In this document: positions 38,806 through 52,270 of the stretch, piece after piece
Position numbering within the stretch: the first letter of the stretch is position 1
Layout of the letters: each line of letters opens with the position of its first letter
From: Octopus sinensis
Taxonomy: Eukaryota
Assembly: GCF_006345805.1 (NCBI RefSeq)
Contig: NC_043016.1
Span: 2,604,001 to 2,668,000, forward strand
Reading direction: 5' to 3'
Length of the DNA: 64,000 nucleotides
The notes under the pieces: generated by a model
Told to the model about the DNA's origin: nothing
The model's input: only the letters and a program-made list of their open reading frames with translations
Database searches by the model: none
Translations under genes and position numbers: made by a program

Positions 38806-41800
38806 TGTTTCTTTATTAGCCACACAGGGCTGTACACAGATAGAACACATTACAAGGTAGAGCTTTTCTTTTGAAGGTAAAAAAATAAATAAATAAATAA
38901 ATAAATAATTAAAAATAAAAAAAAAATAAAAAAATAAAAAATAAATAAATAAATAAAAAAAGGGGGGTCGATCAAAAGGGATCGTAAAAGGAGAGAAAGA
39001 TGACAAAAAGGGGGGGGGTAAAAAAAGGAGGAGAGGAAAAAATTGATCAATAGGGATCGTTATCACAGAAATGTCAATATGAAGTGTAAAGGGGAGGACA
39101 GGTGAGGTTTACCCGTGGAAAGAAAAGCCTACGGAAAAGACCACGGTATCCTCGGTCAATGAAGTCACATGTTATATTTCTTCTTTTTTTTTTGCAAGTA
39201 AGCAACTCTCTGTATTAATTTATATGGTTCATAGAATCATAGTCAAGGTGGCTTCGTCATTCATACGTGCCATCCTTGCTACATTCACCCATCTTTTTTT
39301 AAAACATTCACTAGACAAAACTTGCCTCTCTACTCTCACTTTCCTCTTCAAGTGATACTTGAAGAAGTTGATGAGAGATTGACCAGAGAGGAAAGTGTTT
39401 GTCTCTAATCCTTTCAGCGCGTCCACCAGATACATTCTTTCGCCATAGCCACAAGTATGATAAAAATAGCTCTTCCTTCCCGTTTGAAGGAAGGAGGCGT
39501 GACGATATTAACGATAGACTCGGTTGATAAACCGACACGTCCCACACGTGACAGCAGTCGTTCGACATAAGCCCAGGTGGGAAATTGCTGGACACTGCAC
39601 GATTGCATGCAGAGCGGTTTCGTCGCTCTGCCCGCATCTCGGGCTGGTCGGCCCCGTGTTTCTCGAGCCATGCCTATAGAGCTTATCCCGAACGGGTAGC
39701 GCTTCTCGGTAGCACCGTCAGGCCAGGGATCTCTGGAAGTTGTCCATAGGTCCCGGGCCGAAAGTCGTTTGAAACAGGCGGGTCAGGTATTCCTCGTCGA
39801 CGCCCAGGTTTGCCCCGAGCTCGTCGTCGTACCTCCCCTCCACTAATCCCCTATAGAATGCTTTGGTTGTGTTGAAGTCACTCAAGGTCGACCCGGGACG
39901 GCAGAGTTGCTTGAAGAGCAACGCGACACTCGCGGTGCCATTCGCCCATCCTCGGCCTCTTTTTGATCCACGACTGTAGTTCGGTCATGAGAAAGTTGCG
40001 GGAATGCGTGCCTCACAAACAGCGACCACACCTGTTCACCGTCGTCTACATAGAGCCAGAGATGTCGCAGTCTCAGCGCGTGTCTGCGCATCATCAACCA
40101 CGGCATGCCCAGCCTCCTTTTTAACGCGTGTTGACAGCAAATGGATCGCCTGACCATCGGGACGCATCCTTTCCACAAGAAGCGGAAGAGGATGCGTTCT
40201 AGTTTGTGATGGTAGGTCGGGACAAGGTACGACGGTCAGGCGGTAGTAGATGATGGACGCGATGTACGCGTTCACCACCTCCGCCCGACCTTTAGGGACA
40301 GTTTCCTCTCGGCCCATTGCTGGGCGAGAGTGACCACCCTACTCGTTATCTCGTTCCAGTTCTTCTCCATTTGGAGGTCCGGACCGAACCAGACCCCGAG
40401 CAACTCAACCGGGCCGTCTGTCCAGCGTCCCACGACGGAGGTACTGGTGGACGGCATGGGCTTGCTTCTCCAGGTGCCGAGCCGCAAGCCCACTGACTTT
40501 TCCCGGTTGATTTTTGCTCCTGTCACCGCTTCGTAGTAGTCTTCAGTGTCTCGCCGACCCGCTCGATGTGCTCGTGGCTTGACACTATGACGGTGACGTC
40601 GTCCGCGTATGCAGACACGCTCGTCCCGCATCCCAATTCTCGCGGGATGCCCCTTACAGTCGCCAGCTTCCTCAGTAGTGGCTCAAGAGTCAATACGTAT
40701 AGAAGCGCCGAGAGGGAACATCCCTGACGGACCGAACGTGCAATGTCGAAAGGTCTCGATAGATGTCCATTTACGCGAATTACCGAACGGATGCCTCTGT
40801 ACAAGGCAGCTATCCAGCCGCGGAAGACGGGACCGAAACCAGCCGCTCTCAGGACTGCCTCCAAGTATCGATGGTCTACCCTATCAAAGGCTTTCGATTG
40901 ATCCAAGTTGATCAGGGCCCCACCCTGCCAGGTTCGTTAACTACCCTGTCTATGATGTAGCGCATCAGATGGAGGTTGTCATGGATGGTCCGGCCCGGCA
41001 CGGCGCACGTTTGTGCGTTGTCGACCATTTCTCGATGACAAGCGCCAACCTCTTGGCTAACACCTTTGTCAAATTTTCAGGTCTGCATTGAGCAGCGTGA
41101 TTGGTCTAAAGTTATCTATAATGTTTCCCTTGTTTGGATCTTTCTTCAGCAGTTACAGCTCCTCGACTCACAAAACCGGGTATGCTCCCGTTTTGCTGCC
41201 AGTTGCAGTATACCGCTGCCAAGACGTCTCCAAACAAGTCTGGCATACAATTGTAAAACTCGTAGGGTAGACCATCCAAGCCCGGTGATTTGTCCCTCGA
41301 GCATTCTGCTATCGCTTCCTGCACTTCCGCCGCCGTGATGGCACCTTCGCAGCACCCTGCCTTTCTTGTCGAGAGTCGTGGCAGGCTATGTAGGTAGGCA
41401 CTGAGTCCACCCTACATTCTTGCCCTCCACTCGTCCCGTACAGTCGGGCAAAATGCTGCTGAAAGGCCTCACACATTTTACTTGGCTCGAGCAATTCGCG
41501 CCCCTGTTCATCTACCATGACCGAATGGTGGTTTTGTTGCCCTGTTGCGCCTCTGCCACCCGGGCCTCTCTCGCGGCTCCAACACCTTCGTTCCTTAGAG
41601 CACGCATCTTAGCTCTGACAGCACATCCTTCGTGTTTGGCGTTGAAGTGTTGGTCGAGGGCCAACCTCGCCGCCAAAACGTCGGATGCGATGCCGCTTCT
41701 AATTGCCTCTTCTAGCTTCTTACTAGCTCACCCTCTACTCTATTTCTATCTATGGCTAGTGCTTTGCTGTACCTAATCGCTTCTGCTTTTTCTGCTCTCT

Positions 41801-42071
41801 TGAGGGCAAACCACCATTTGTTGTTGATGATGGCTCCCGTCAAAGCCCTCTTTACTAGTGTGGTAATCCGGTCTCTGAAAACTTGTCTGGACAGGAATGA
41901 GGCGTTCAGTTTCCAGTACCCAGGACCTGTCTATGTGCCTTATCTAAGTCTAGCGTACACGTCACCAATTTGTGATCCGTGTAGCTGACTGTGTGGAATT
42001 GTGGACATCCTCCTAAGTTATCCTTGTCTACTGTTTACACAGTATCCTATCTAGATACGATCTCGACGACC
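38806..42071 (-). mobile_element. Tx1 copy 5 (3'UTR to APE domain; 5' part lost in the assembly gap)
   Basis: RT motifs DQSKAFDRV, VRQGCSLS and YADDV (40523-40906); C-terminal region; APE motifs up to the N run. Confidence 0.93.
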
Positions 42072-42171
42072 NNNNNNNNNNNNNNNNNNNNNNNNNNNNN
42101 NNNNNNNNNNNNNNNNNNNNNNNNNNNNNNNNNNNNNNNNNNNNNNNNNNNNNNNNNNNNNNNNNNNNNNN
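42072..42171. other. Assembly gap (100 N)
   Basis: N run. Confidence 1.
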
Positions 42172-42605
42172 TTGTATGAAAAGAAATATTACAAGTAACT
42201 GCAGAATATGTGGAGATGGACAAGAAACAATAAATCATATTATCTCTAGCTGCCCAGTCTTGGCTAAGAAGGAATATATTCACAGACATGACAGAGTTGG
42301 AACCTACATACATTGGAAGCTATGCCAAATTATGGAATAACAACAGAAAAAGATGGTATAGGCACCACACCCGAAAATGTCACAGAAAAACGAGAAAGCA
42401 ACCATACACTGGATATGCCGATACACACAGATAGAGAAATTAAGGCCAACAGACCAGATATAGTTGTCAGAGATCATGAAGAAAAAAAATGCTTTCTAAT
42501 TGAGTATCAATACCGGCAGATGACAACGTGTCTCTAAAAGAAATGGAGAAACTCTCAAAATACAAAGACCTGGAAATAGAGGTAACTAGAATGTGGAATC
42601 TACGT
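42172..42605 (+). mobile_element. R4/Dong-like RLE non-LTR retrotransposon fragment (CCHC and PD-(D/E)XK nuclease), frameshifted
   Basis: Frame-corrected reading MKRNITSNCRICGDGQETINHIISSCPVLAKKEYIHRHDRVGTYIHWKLCQ...(W)DMPIHTDREIKANRPDIVVRDHEEKKCFLI...SLKEMEKLSKYKDLEIEVTRMWNL. Confidence 0.88.
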
Positions 42606-42864
42606 ACAAGCAATAATAACATCTATAATAACATCTATAGAAATATTCACTTTTGAATATTTACTCCGTATTACACACACACACATGCACACACACACAC
42701 ACACATGTATGTATGTACGTATATTGAATGCTGCAATGAGGTATAACAAAATATTAAGTAAAATGTGTGCCATATCGCTCATCGTCTCTCGGGGTGAGCG
42801 CATGTGTACACGTCTGCTTTAGGAAAACAGGAAGAGAAAAAAGAAAGGGGGAGAGGGAGGGGAG

Positions 42865-42865
<1 letters not shown>

Positions 42866-42903
<38 letters not shown>

Positions 42904-42908
42904 GAGAT

Positions 42909-42941
<33 letters not shown>

Positions 42942-42960
42942 AGAGGGGAGAGAGAGAGCA
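42866..42960. repeat. (GATA)n followed by (GA)n, with no adjacent Tx1 end
   Basis: Directly visible. Confidence 0.9.
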
Positions 42961-43049
42961 AGAGGAAGAGAAAGAGAGATTGTCGGTTCTGAATTTGAAA
43001 GTGACTGTTTTTTTTTTCTTTTGAAAGATTAATATTGAAACTAAATAAG

Positions 43050-43265
43050 GTGGTGAACTGGTGGAATGGTTACCTGCCGGGCAAAATGCTTTGCGGCATT
43101 TCGCTCGTCTTAACGTTCTGAGTTCAAATTACACTGATTTTCGACTTTAACTTTCGTCCCTTTCGGAGTCGATAAAGTAAGTTGAACACTGGGGTGGCGG
43201 GCGATGTAATCGTGCTACCCCAACTTCACGATATTTCTGGCCTTCTACCAAAATTTGAAACCAAG
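43050..43265 (+). mobile_element. SINE family B copy
   Basis: GGTGGTGAACTGGTGGAATGGTT...GTTCTGAGTTCAAATT...CCCTTTCGGAGTCGATAAA; tail GGCCTTCTACCAAAATTTGAAACCAA. Confidence 0.7.
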
Positions 43266-43499
43266 ATTAAATCCTGAAATAAGATGCAGAGATAATTAAA
43301 TTAATGTGTAATATTTAATTGATGAGTTCTTTTATTGTAATAAATATTTTTAGGAATACCAATTAGAAAATATTTAGATATAAAAATATTTAATAATTTA
43401 AAAAAAGATATTTTCCCATTTACCGACTAAATTTTTTGATTGTTTCATTTTAATTTCATTTTATAACATGCGCACTTTACATATTGGGTTTAATTTTCC

Positions 43500-43690
43500 A
43501 CAAGGTCACCAAGTATGGCAGCGGGCGTAAGTCGATTTTATCACCTTCAGTGATAAACTAGTACTTATTTTATCGACCCCGAATAGATGAAAGGCAAAGT
43601 GCACCTAGGCGGAATTTGAACGTAAAGACGGACGAAAAGTCGCTAAGCATTTTGTCCGGCACCGTAAAGATTCTGCTAGCTTGTCGCCTT
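43500..43690 (-). mobile_element. SINE family B copy
   Basis: GTACTTATTTTATCGACCCCGAATAGATGAAAGGCAAAG...GGCGGAATTTGAAC. Confidence 0.65.
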
Positions 43691-44489
43691 ACAATGTCAT
43701 TACATAATGAAAAAGCATTCGCTTATAATTTCGATGACTTTATGACGGCAAGAGTGCAAAACCTAAGTTCTTTTATTGTCGTGCATATTGGAATCCTTAA
43801 GTTCGTTTTATTTAGAGCAGAACCGGCAATTTCCTTTCCCACATATATTTCAGGACTTTGGCTTTAGAAACGGGAAAAAGAGATGTAGATAATATAGAAA
43901 ACAAATACTTACATGCAATACGCGGGCACACATACTCACGCACACACACACACACGAATGTATGTATAACAATACCTATAGTTATCTATATATATGCCAG
44001 TTCACCGCCCTAAATCCCATAATATATAGCACCACCAGGCCAAAGATTTCTGGAAACGAGCTGCGAAAATGCGTTCTTCATGAACAAATATATTTGCAGG
44101 CAGTGTAGAATCAGCGTGTGTCTGCGTAGCAGCAGCCGTGGTATGTCACCATCACTGTATGGTGTCAGCAGATAGAATACCTGACAACCTAATCAATCGG
44201 ATGAATGGATCGGATCTTCTCCAAAAGAGACTTAGTAAGAGACGGTCCGAACTGATCAGGTAGTTACAGGTTTGGTTGTCAGTTGCTTGATCTTAAGTTG
44301 AGCATATAACGATGTTGATGTTGTTGTTGTTGTTGATGATATTGATGAAGATGACACGATGCGTATAATATAATGATGTTGTTGATGATGATGATGACGA
44401 CGATGATGATGATGAAAACAAAAACAACAACAACAACAACAACCACAACAACAAAATAATAATAATAATAATAATATATAATATAATAT

Positions 44490-45045
44490 AAAAAATGCCC
44501 TGATTCAGTACCAGCAGTGGCTCCGTGGCTTCTGATCTTAACTGATTGGAAGTGTTATCATGTACATTGTTTTGTCTTGGTATAAAAGATGGGCTACAGC
44601 AAATATTCTGCTCAATACCACAGATTTGCTTGTTCAGTTGTTTGACCGTAACCAGTTGAGCATGTCCTTAATGGCTGACGATATGTGCATCTCTGATCAC
44701 GAACAGAAGTAGTGGGGGCATCATAGCCGTGTGTTTAGAGGGATTCTTTGGGTTTGAATAATTCACCTCTGGAAACATGGGTGTTTCGTTAACATCCTTA
44801 AACAACCCTTATTCAGGGACCTTTCGAGTGGGAGGGGTTACTCGACCTGAAGAAAATTCTAAATGGGCCCCTTCCTGCAAGGTCATGTGCTGTTTATCTT
44901 GATATGAGATCACCATGTCGCGCATACATGGTTGTAATGCAAATGCCTAGTGTACCCTTATCAGACGTGTAGTCATGATGGGTATACTGGGCTTCGTATA
45001 TTTTACCCCAGTGTCACTTTGATGGCATGCACTGCTCTCTCACTC

Positions 45046-45046
<1 letters not shown>
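44490..45046 (+). mobile_element. ~560-bp non-coding repeat flanked by (TAA)n, probably the 3'UTR of a Dong/R4-type element
   Basis: More complex, higher-GC block ending CACTGCTCTCTCACTC immediately before (AAT)n at 45047-45108, and preceded by an (AAT)n run at ~44456-44478. The family assignment is inference. Confidence 0.45.
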
Positions 45047-45096
<50 letters not shown>

Positions 45097-46289
45097 TAGT
45101 AATAATTCTTGAGATTTGAGGAGACATGTCACCAAACCCCAAGATACCAATAACTTCTTTACCTACTAAATTAACATTAAATATTTTTGGAAATATAATA
45201 TCAATAATAATTATTTTATTATTTGCAGTTACTTTGATTATTAAAATATATTATCTAATGCCTAGCTCATATATTTTCTTCATTCCTCTGGATGAACCTA
45301 TTCCTATATTTGGGATTTGCAATGTAAACTTAGTGTGCTTTTGAAATCCGAAAGGTCTTGCCTTTGGAAATATATTATTTATAAGAATCGAATATAACTG
45401 TCGCTAAGCTATTTTTGTCTTTAAAATAGTTTCCCATTTTGTAGGGATAATAAAATTACATGATCATTGCTAGACTTCCTCTGCCAAAGCTTTGTTTTCT
45501 ACATTTGAATATTGAACAAACTAAAGTCATATGTTACTTAATGTTATATATATTTATAAAGTGATGTTTGGAACAGAAACACCTTTTAGATAATGCGAAA
45601 TGACTTATTAATTATTGAAGGTGTAATATGAAAAATAGTGAAGCGAGATTGGGTGGACGTTTTGCTTCCATTGGATAAATTAGGATATATTTTAACCTTA
45701 GACCAAAAGATAGCTATCTTTTAACATCATGTTGAATCTGAGAGAATTATATCTACGCGCACACAAATACACACACATACTCACGCGCACAAACGTTCCG
45801 ACAGCTCATCGGAATAACCGCAATAATATATTTGCATTCATTTTGTATCTATGGATACGTTATTCAAATTCCACCATATTCTACTTTCTTCTCGATATCA
45901 ACACTGTTTTTAATATAACGTACAGTAATAATATACAGAAATATTTTAAAAAATGGATATGAAGGATATTCTATTGAATTTCAAATTGTCTTACGTCGAG
46001 TCTAAACAAAAAAAGACTTTTTAATTTATGTCTGATTGACTCAGTTTTAAAAACAATATCTAATGTTTAGTCATATGAAATGCCGCTTTTATGTAGTTGT
46101 ACTGGAAGAAAGAAATTAAGTTTAGCGGTAAATGTTCACGATTTTCCTTTCTTTGCTTTTTTTCGCTTTTTTCTTGTTTGGTCAAGATACGACAAATATA
46201 TTTATACCATAAAATAAGTGTTAGTAAGAGATTATAGAAGGGACAAATAATGAACACTGAAATAAATAGAAGGGTAATTTAAAATTATT

Positions 46290-46512
46290 CTTTTGGTATT
46301 AGTTTCAAATCTTGCACAAGGACAGTGTTTTGGGAGAAAGAAAAATAATTGATTACATCCATCTCAATGTTCAGCTGATACTTCTTTTGTCGACCCCTAA
46401 AGGCATGAGAAGCAAAGTCAACGTCGGCGGAATTTGAACTCAGAACGCGAAGACGGACGAAGTGTCGCTAAGCATCTTGCTCGACGCGCTAACGTTTCAG
46501 CCAGCTCGCCGA
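46290..46512 (-). mobile_element. SINE family B copy
   Basis: Ends ...GCTAACGTTTCAGCCAGCTCGCC on the plus strand (head on minus); tail CCTTGTGCAAGATTTGAAACTAA. Confidence 0.72.
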
Positions 46513-47133
46513 CTCAATTGTTCTTTTTGTATCGAGGTGATACAAGCTTATTCGTTTCACGTGTCTAGTAGATATATTAACCACATTGGTTAATATATCA
46601 ATTAATTCAAATTAATCTATGAACTAGACTTGTGAAACAAATTAGCTCTTAACAGAGCCTTTCTCCATCGCAAAAGTGTATTTAGACTTCATAGTTGTGC
46701 GATGAAGTTTCATTTGAAACTATGATCTTCCCAAACCTATTGCGGCCATAGGTGTGCAAGAAAATAGCTTGGGGCACCCACGGTCAGATCCTTGCGCTAA
46801 TTCAGGTTCAAATTCTAAATGGCTATTATCCAAATTCGTGAAATGACTTGTAATGATTTCACGTGATATGTAAATTCTGTATATTCGTGTTTGTGTTTAG
46901 TATCTATAATGAATATATTGAAGTAATGTTTGGTGTCTACTTCATGTTGATAAATTTTCAAACGGCGTATTTGGTTTTGATGCCTTTGACATCGTCGGAA
47001 TGAATGATACTGCTTAAGTGTCGAAATCTTGTACTCTTATTGTTTCAAAGCTGTCCTTCATTGAGATTCTAGGTCTGGTGAGGGTTAAACTTGTTTAAGC
47101 TTTATATAGTTTACGGAAGTTTTGTTGCTTGTA

Positions 47134-48401
47134 CGAGGGGCGTTCAATAAGTAATGCCTCTGACCCACTTGCAGTTGTTTGCATGTGCATCATTTATATC
47201 TCTATCGATTAAGTGGCAAATTACAGCTCTGAACTAATTGTGGTTTCCGATTTACAGGTGTTTGAACTGAGTCAAGTGTGAAATGGAGCATGTTGAGTGT
47301 CGAGCAGTGATACGGTTTTGTATTTGAAAGGACGCACCAAGGCAACGGAACTTTGATGAAATGAAAGTAACTTATGGTGATGATGCCCCATCATATGACC
47401 TTGTAAAATGATGGGCATCGTGAATTCAAACATGGTCGGAACTCTGTGGAAACAGCTCCCAGATCTGGTCGCCCCCTTCTGCATTGATGAGGCATCTGTC
47501 TGTCAAGTTGATGCTGGCCATTTTGGAAGATCGACGCATAACTATTCGCCAAATAGCCCATGAGGTCAAGATTAAGTACCGGGTATGTGTAAACTATCAT
47601 TCATGACCATTTGCATATGCAAAAGGTGTCTGCCAGATGGATTCCAGGTTGCTCACACACCTTTCCAGAAGCAAGAACGCGTCGATTGCTCGAGGATGAA
47701 TTTGGAGATGTGCCGAGACGATGAGTCAAAATTTTTCAAAAGACTGATTGCATGGATAAACCTGGGTCCATCACTATGATCTAGAGACCAAAGCCCAGTC
47801 AATGCAGTAGAAGCAAGCCCGTGACTACCTCCTCCAAAGAAGGCAAGGGTGCAGCCCTCCGCTGGCAAGGTCATGCTTACAGTCTTCTGGGACCAGGACG
47901 GAGTAGTGAAGACAGATTTCCTGGCAAAGGGTGCCCACAATACAGGAGTCTATTATGCTTCACTTTTGAGGAAATTAAAGAAAAGCTATCAAAATCAAGA
48001 GGCGGGCAAGATCAGCAAAGGCATCCTCCTCCTGCAGGACAACGCTCCGATCCACAACTCCCGTGTCGCCAGATCAGAAGCACAGGCGTGCGGCTATGAA
48101 CTGATCCCCATCTGCTGACCTTGCACCCTCTGTTATTTTCCCTCTCCTCCCAGCCATAAATTTGTTTTTGAAAGAAAGCGTTCCCCAGATTATGCCCTTG
48201 ATTTCTGAAGTCACGTCGTGGTTGGAGGACCAAATGGCTGTGGTCTTCTACAAAAACGGTCTTCAGAGCTGCATCAAAACGCTGGGAGAATGCGTAAATC
48301 TGGGTGGTTCCTATGTAGAACAAGACTATAACTGTTCCAAGTTTCGTTGCTCTACTGCTTTGGGAAGTGGGTCAGGGTCATTACTTATTGACGCCCCCTC
48401 G
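47134..48401 (+). mobile_element. Mariner (Tc1/mariner) DNA transposon, full length 1268 bp, dead transposase
   Basis: ~37-bp TIRs CGAGGGGCGTTCAATAAGTAATGCCTCTGACCCACTT and AAGTGGGTCAGGGTCATTACTTATTGACGCCCCCTCG, TA at 47132-47133 and 48402-48403. Transposase remnants from ATG 47283: MEHVECRAVIRF, WIP(R)LL, SAGKVMLTVFWD, LLQDNAP, ADLAPS. Many frameshifts and stops. Confidence 0.95.
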
Positions 48402-48708
48402 TATATAATACACACACATATACATATATACATATATGTATGTATTTTTCTGTGTATGACTGTTAGAGAGAAAAACTTGAACATGAACTCGGTATTACTT
48501 TATTTCTTCTGTCACATATGCTTCTGCGTTCAGCAAGTAAATTTATGTTATATAAGCAATCGAGGTTAACTCACTGAGCTGATTAGGTAGGTATAGTCCT
48601 TATTGTGTAATAATGGCGATATTCTCGCGTTGGCCATCGTCATCATTAATACAGATAGAGTGAGCGATAGATAGACTAATAAGATTATATATATATATAT
48701 ATATATAT

Positions 48709-48747
<39 letters not shown>

Positions 48748-50150
48748 GACAGAGTGACAAACAGACGGACAGACAGGCAGGTAGGCAGGCAGAATGACAA
48801 ATCTTTGCTGGAAAAAGGAATACTACACTCATCAGTTTGAAATGGAACAATAACAATGTTGCGTCTAAAGAATGTGCGTATATCGACAATTGTACAAAAG
48901 CTACAGATATGCTCTCACTAGAAGTGCAGTTCTTAAGAACCAATAAATTAATGAGTTTTAGGAGACATCCTTTCCATTGAAAATATTTAGAGCACTTATT
49001 ATTATTATTATTATCATTATTCAGGTCACTGCCAGGAATCGAACTCGGAATCCAGTCATCTGACTTGACACAGTTGAATGCCCTTCCTAACGCCAGCTAT
49101 TTTACAGAGGATACAGACTGCTTTTTAGACGGTACCATCACCAGTGCTTTTTACTTGTGTATGAAATTACTTCTAAGAATGGCAACAGGGTTAGCAGAAT
49201 AATAAGAGTGGTGGAAAGACTGTTTTGCAGTATTTGGTTGAGATGGTTAAGGCGTAAATGTAAGTCACTCTAGCATCAGTTTTATCTCTCGTCATTTTGT
49301 AGTCCCTGAAATACCAACCAAATACTGGAATCAATTGATGTAACTAACTGCCTCCTCTTTCATTTGAGACACTTTTTCAGGTAATTCTTCCTTGGCATTC
49401 TTTATATAGCAAGCAATATTGTTTTCCTGTATCTGAATACAGTTCTTGCAACTTGCCAATTCTCACCCGCTTTCCTTTCTTGTAAGGTGTAGACCATCAA
49501 CATCATTTTTCTGTTGGAATTATTATGTGTTGTCTTCTTGTTTTCCTATCCAAGGATTATCGTTCCTCTGTTTGCCATCAGGTTTTATATCGCAAGAGAA
49601 CAGTTGACCATGAATTTATTGCTTCCAACTTATCCTTCCCATTCAATTTATGTTTCAATATCATTTTCGGCCTTCTGTAATACCCTCAAGAGAATATCTT
49701 CACTCATTTGGATTCCCATCAATTCACTGACTTCCAATATGTCCCGGTACCAATATCCTTCCCTATCTGTTCTCTTCACTTCTTCCTTTCATCAACAACT
49801 TCACGCCATCCATTTGTTGGACTTCACCTTTTTTTTTAAGAATCAACAATCCACAGTCTTTCAGTCCAAATTCCAAGCTAAAGCAGTACACTGCCAGAAT
49901 CAATGAATTGAGCTGGTTTTCTTCATCTTTTCCATAGAATTTTGGATCATCCACAAAAAGAGGATGATAGATCTTGTCTTTTCTTTCCTCAAAACCAGCT
50001 TTCATGTTTCTCAAAATCAGTCGTGTCACACAATACAAAAAGCAATGGTGACAAGCTATCTCCTTGGCATATTCCATGTTTGATGTTGACAAACCTAAGC
50101 TTTTGCCTCCCAGATGCGAGCTCAGTTGTTCTTGAATGGGTTAACAATAT

Positions 50151-50547
50151 TCTCTTTTATCTCTTTTACTTGTTTCAGTCATTTAACTGCAGCCAGGCTG
50201 GAGCACCGCCTTTAATCGAGCAACTCGACCCCGGGACTTATTCTTTTGTAAGCCCAGTACTTATTCTATCGGTCTCTTTTGCCGAACCACTAAGTAACGG
50301 GGACATAAACACACCAGCATTGGTTGTCAAGCAATGCTAGGGGGACAAACACAGACACAAAAACACAGATATATATACATATATACGACAGGCTTCTTTC
50401 AGTTTCCGTCTACCAAATCCACTCACAAGGCATTGGTCGGCCCGGGGCTATAGCAGAAGACATTTGCCCAAGATGCCACGCAGTGGGACTGATCCCAGAA
50501 CCATGTGGTTGGTTAGCAAGCTACTTACCACACAGCCACTCCTGTGC
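50151..50547 (-). mobile_element. SINE family A, full length, inserted in the R4/Dong remnant
   Basis: Reverse complement of 53125-53536. Confidence 0.9.
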
Positions 50548-50759
50548 AATTCCAAATATTTTCAATCACTCCAGACTCCACAATTGACGAATGATATCAT
50601 ATCCATGCTGTCCCTAAGTTGGTTTTTGCGCTTTTTACAGTTTTTCAGCCCTGTCTTATCCATTATTAGTTGGTCCTTGGTTCTTCTATTTGTGCCCTTT
50701 TTGCTCTTCTAGTACAATATTAATCTGGTCCATGAATGCACAGTTCATCTGCCAGAATT

Positions 50760-51278
50760 CCAGTTCACAGCTTCCACATGATGGGTTCACCCAGATAAAG
50801 ACATACAGCATCTCGAAAGAGTCCAGAAGCTGGCTACCCGCATGGTTCATGGTCTCAAAAATTTGTCTTATGAAGAAAGGCTGAGGACGCTCGACCTTTA
50901 TTCTCTAGAAAAACGCCGCCACCGTGGTGATCTCATTCTCGCTCACATCATCATAAGCGGAAAGTGTAACCTCTTGAAAGAGCTGTTCTTCACTCCTGCT
51001 CCAGAGCGTCGGCTGCAGGGTCACTCCGAAAAGCTTAATCTCTGACGATTTCATCTCAATCGAAGGAGAGGAGCTTTCTCCATCCGGGTTGCGGATCCGT
51101 GGAACAAGCTGCCAGACGAGATGGTGAAGATGCCGACGACCGCTTTGTTCAAAGTCTCCCTTGACTTCAAGTGGCCTGAACTCTTTGCATGAACACCCTC
51201 CCTGTACATAACTCCATGTCCCCCCTACATGGCCTTGCTATTTGCTTTTGAGCCAAATTAACTAACTAACTAACTAAC
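50760..51278 (+). mobile_element. CR1-group LINE 3' fragment with (AACT)n tail
   Basis: KDIQHLERVQKLATRMVHGLKNLSYEERLRTLDLYSLEKRRHRGDLI...GHSEKL...RRRGAFSIRVADPWNKLP; tail TTAACTAACTAACTAACTAAC. Confidence 0.88.
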
Positions 51279-51956
51279 ATAAACAGATTTCCCTTTCATG
51301 TTCCTTTCTCACACAATCCTGCCTCTGGTCAACCTGCCTGGGATTTCTTTGTGATCTCTCACTCAAAACATCCTCCTTTCTTATCTTAATGTCCTTTTGC
51401 CAAGGATTTTCTTCAGTTTCATTCATGTTGCATAACCACTCTACGTTAGTGGTGCATGTTTCCTCCTTCCCTCCGTATCATATTCCAGAATCTTTCACTC
51501 TCTTCTTCCACATTTGGGAGACACATACATCTTTGTCTGTATTCCAATTTATCTCCTGATGATAAAATCTCTTTTCCGTCCTTTTTGAAGAGTCTGTTTT
51601 TTGATTCTCCAATCATCTCAAGTGGTTTTTACTCTCTCAGGTTGCAAACACAGTTCTTTGGTTACCATCGCCAGCTCTTTGAAATCAATACCACGCTTTT
51701 GTTTCAACACATATTTGCACCGATTCTTTAGTTCTTTTCTTCTTCTGTCCAGTACTGACCAATCCACTCTGTATTCTTTTTCTCTCTCCAAGAATCCTCT
51801 TCCTCCTCCTCTTCTATCATAGTCCATTGCTCATTCTTCTGTTTGATTTGCTTTCATTACTCGGTAGTCATCTTACTTCAAATCCCATATTCTCTGTCAC
51901 TGCTATACTCACTGCCTTCTTTAGTCTATTAGTTTTGGTGAGTGAAGGCGCATGGC

Positions 51957-52270
51957 TCAGTGGTTAGAGCATCGAGCTTATGATCGTGAGGTTGTGAGTT
52001 TGATTCCTGGACTTGGCTGTGTGTTGTGTTCTTGAGCAAGTTCACTCAGCTGTAGAAATGAGTTGTGACGTCACTGGTGCCAAGCCATATCGGCCTTTAC
52101 CTTTCCCTTGGATACCATCGGTGGCTTAGAGAGTGGAGGCTGGTATGCACGGGTGACTGCTGATCTTCCATAAAAGCAACCCTAAATTTTGCGTTCGCTG
52201 GTGAGGCGACTTTCTGCCCAGACCTGTACCCTGGAGGGGAACTTCTTAGGTGCACCCATGGTCGATGATG
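51957..52270 (+). mobile_element. tRNA-derived SINE (third family)
   Basis: GGCGCATGGCTCAGTGGTTAGAGC (A box)...GAGTTTGATTCCTGG (B-box-like), followed by a body unrelated to families A and B. Confidence 0.65.

Larger units (their letters stand above)
49150..51930 (-). mobile_element. Old R4/Dong-like RT remnant interrupted by a SINE and a CR1 fragment
   Basis: Minus-strand remnants ...KDQLIMDKTGLKNCKK (~50600-50690) and HPLFVDDPKFYGKDEENQLNSL...EFGLKDCGLLILKK (49763-50092), resembling the R4/Dong RT HLLFMDDLKLY region. Outer boundaries are uncertain. Confidence 0.7.

Noticed and set aside
41900-42605. Apparent Tx1-to-R4/Dong fusion
   Set aside because: The two are separated by a 100-N gap of unknown true size and lie on opposite strands, so adjacency is not established.
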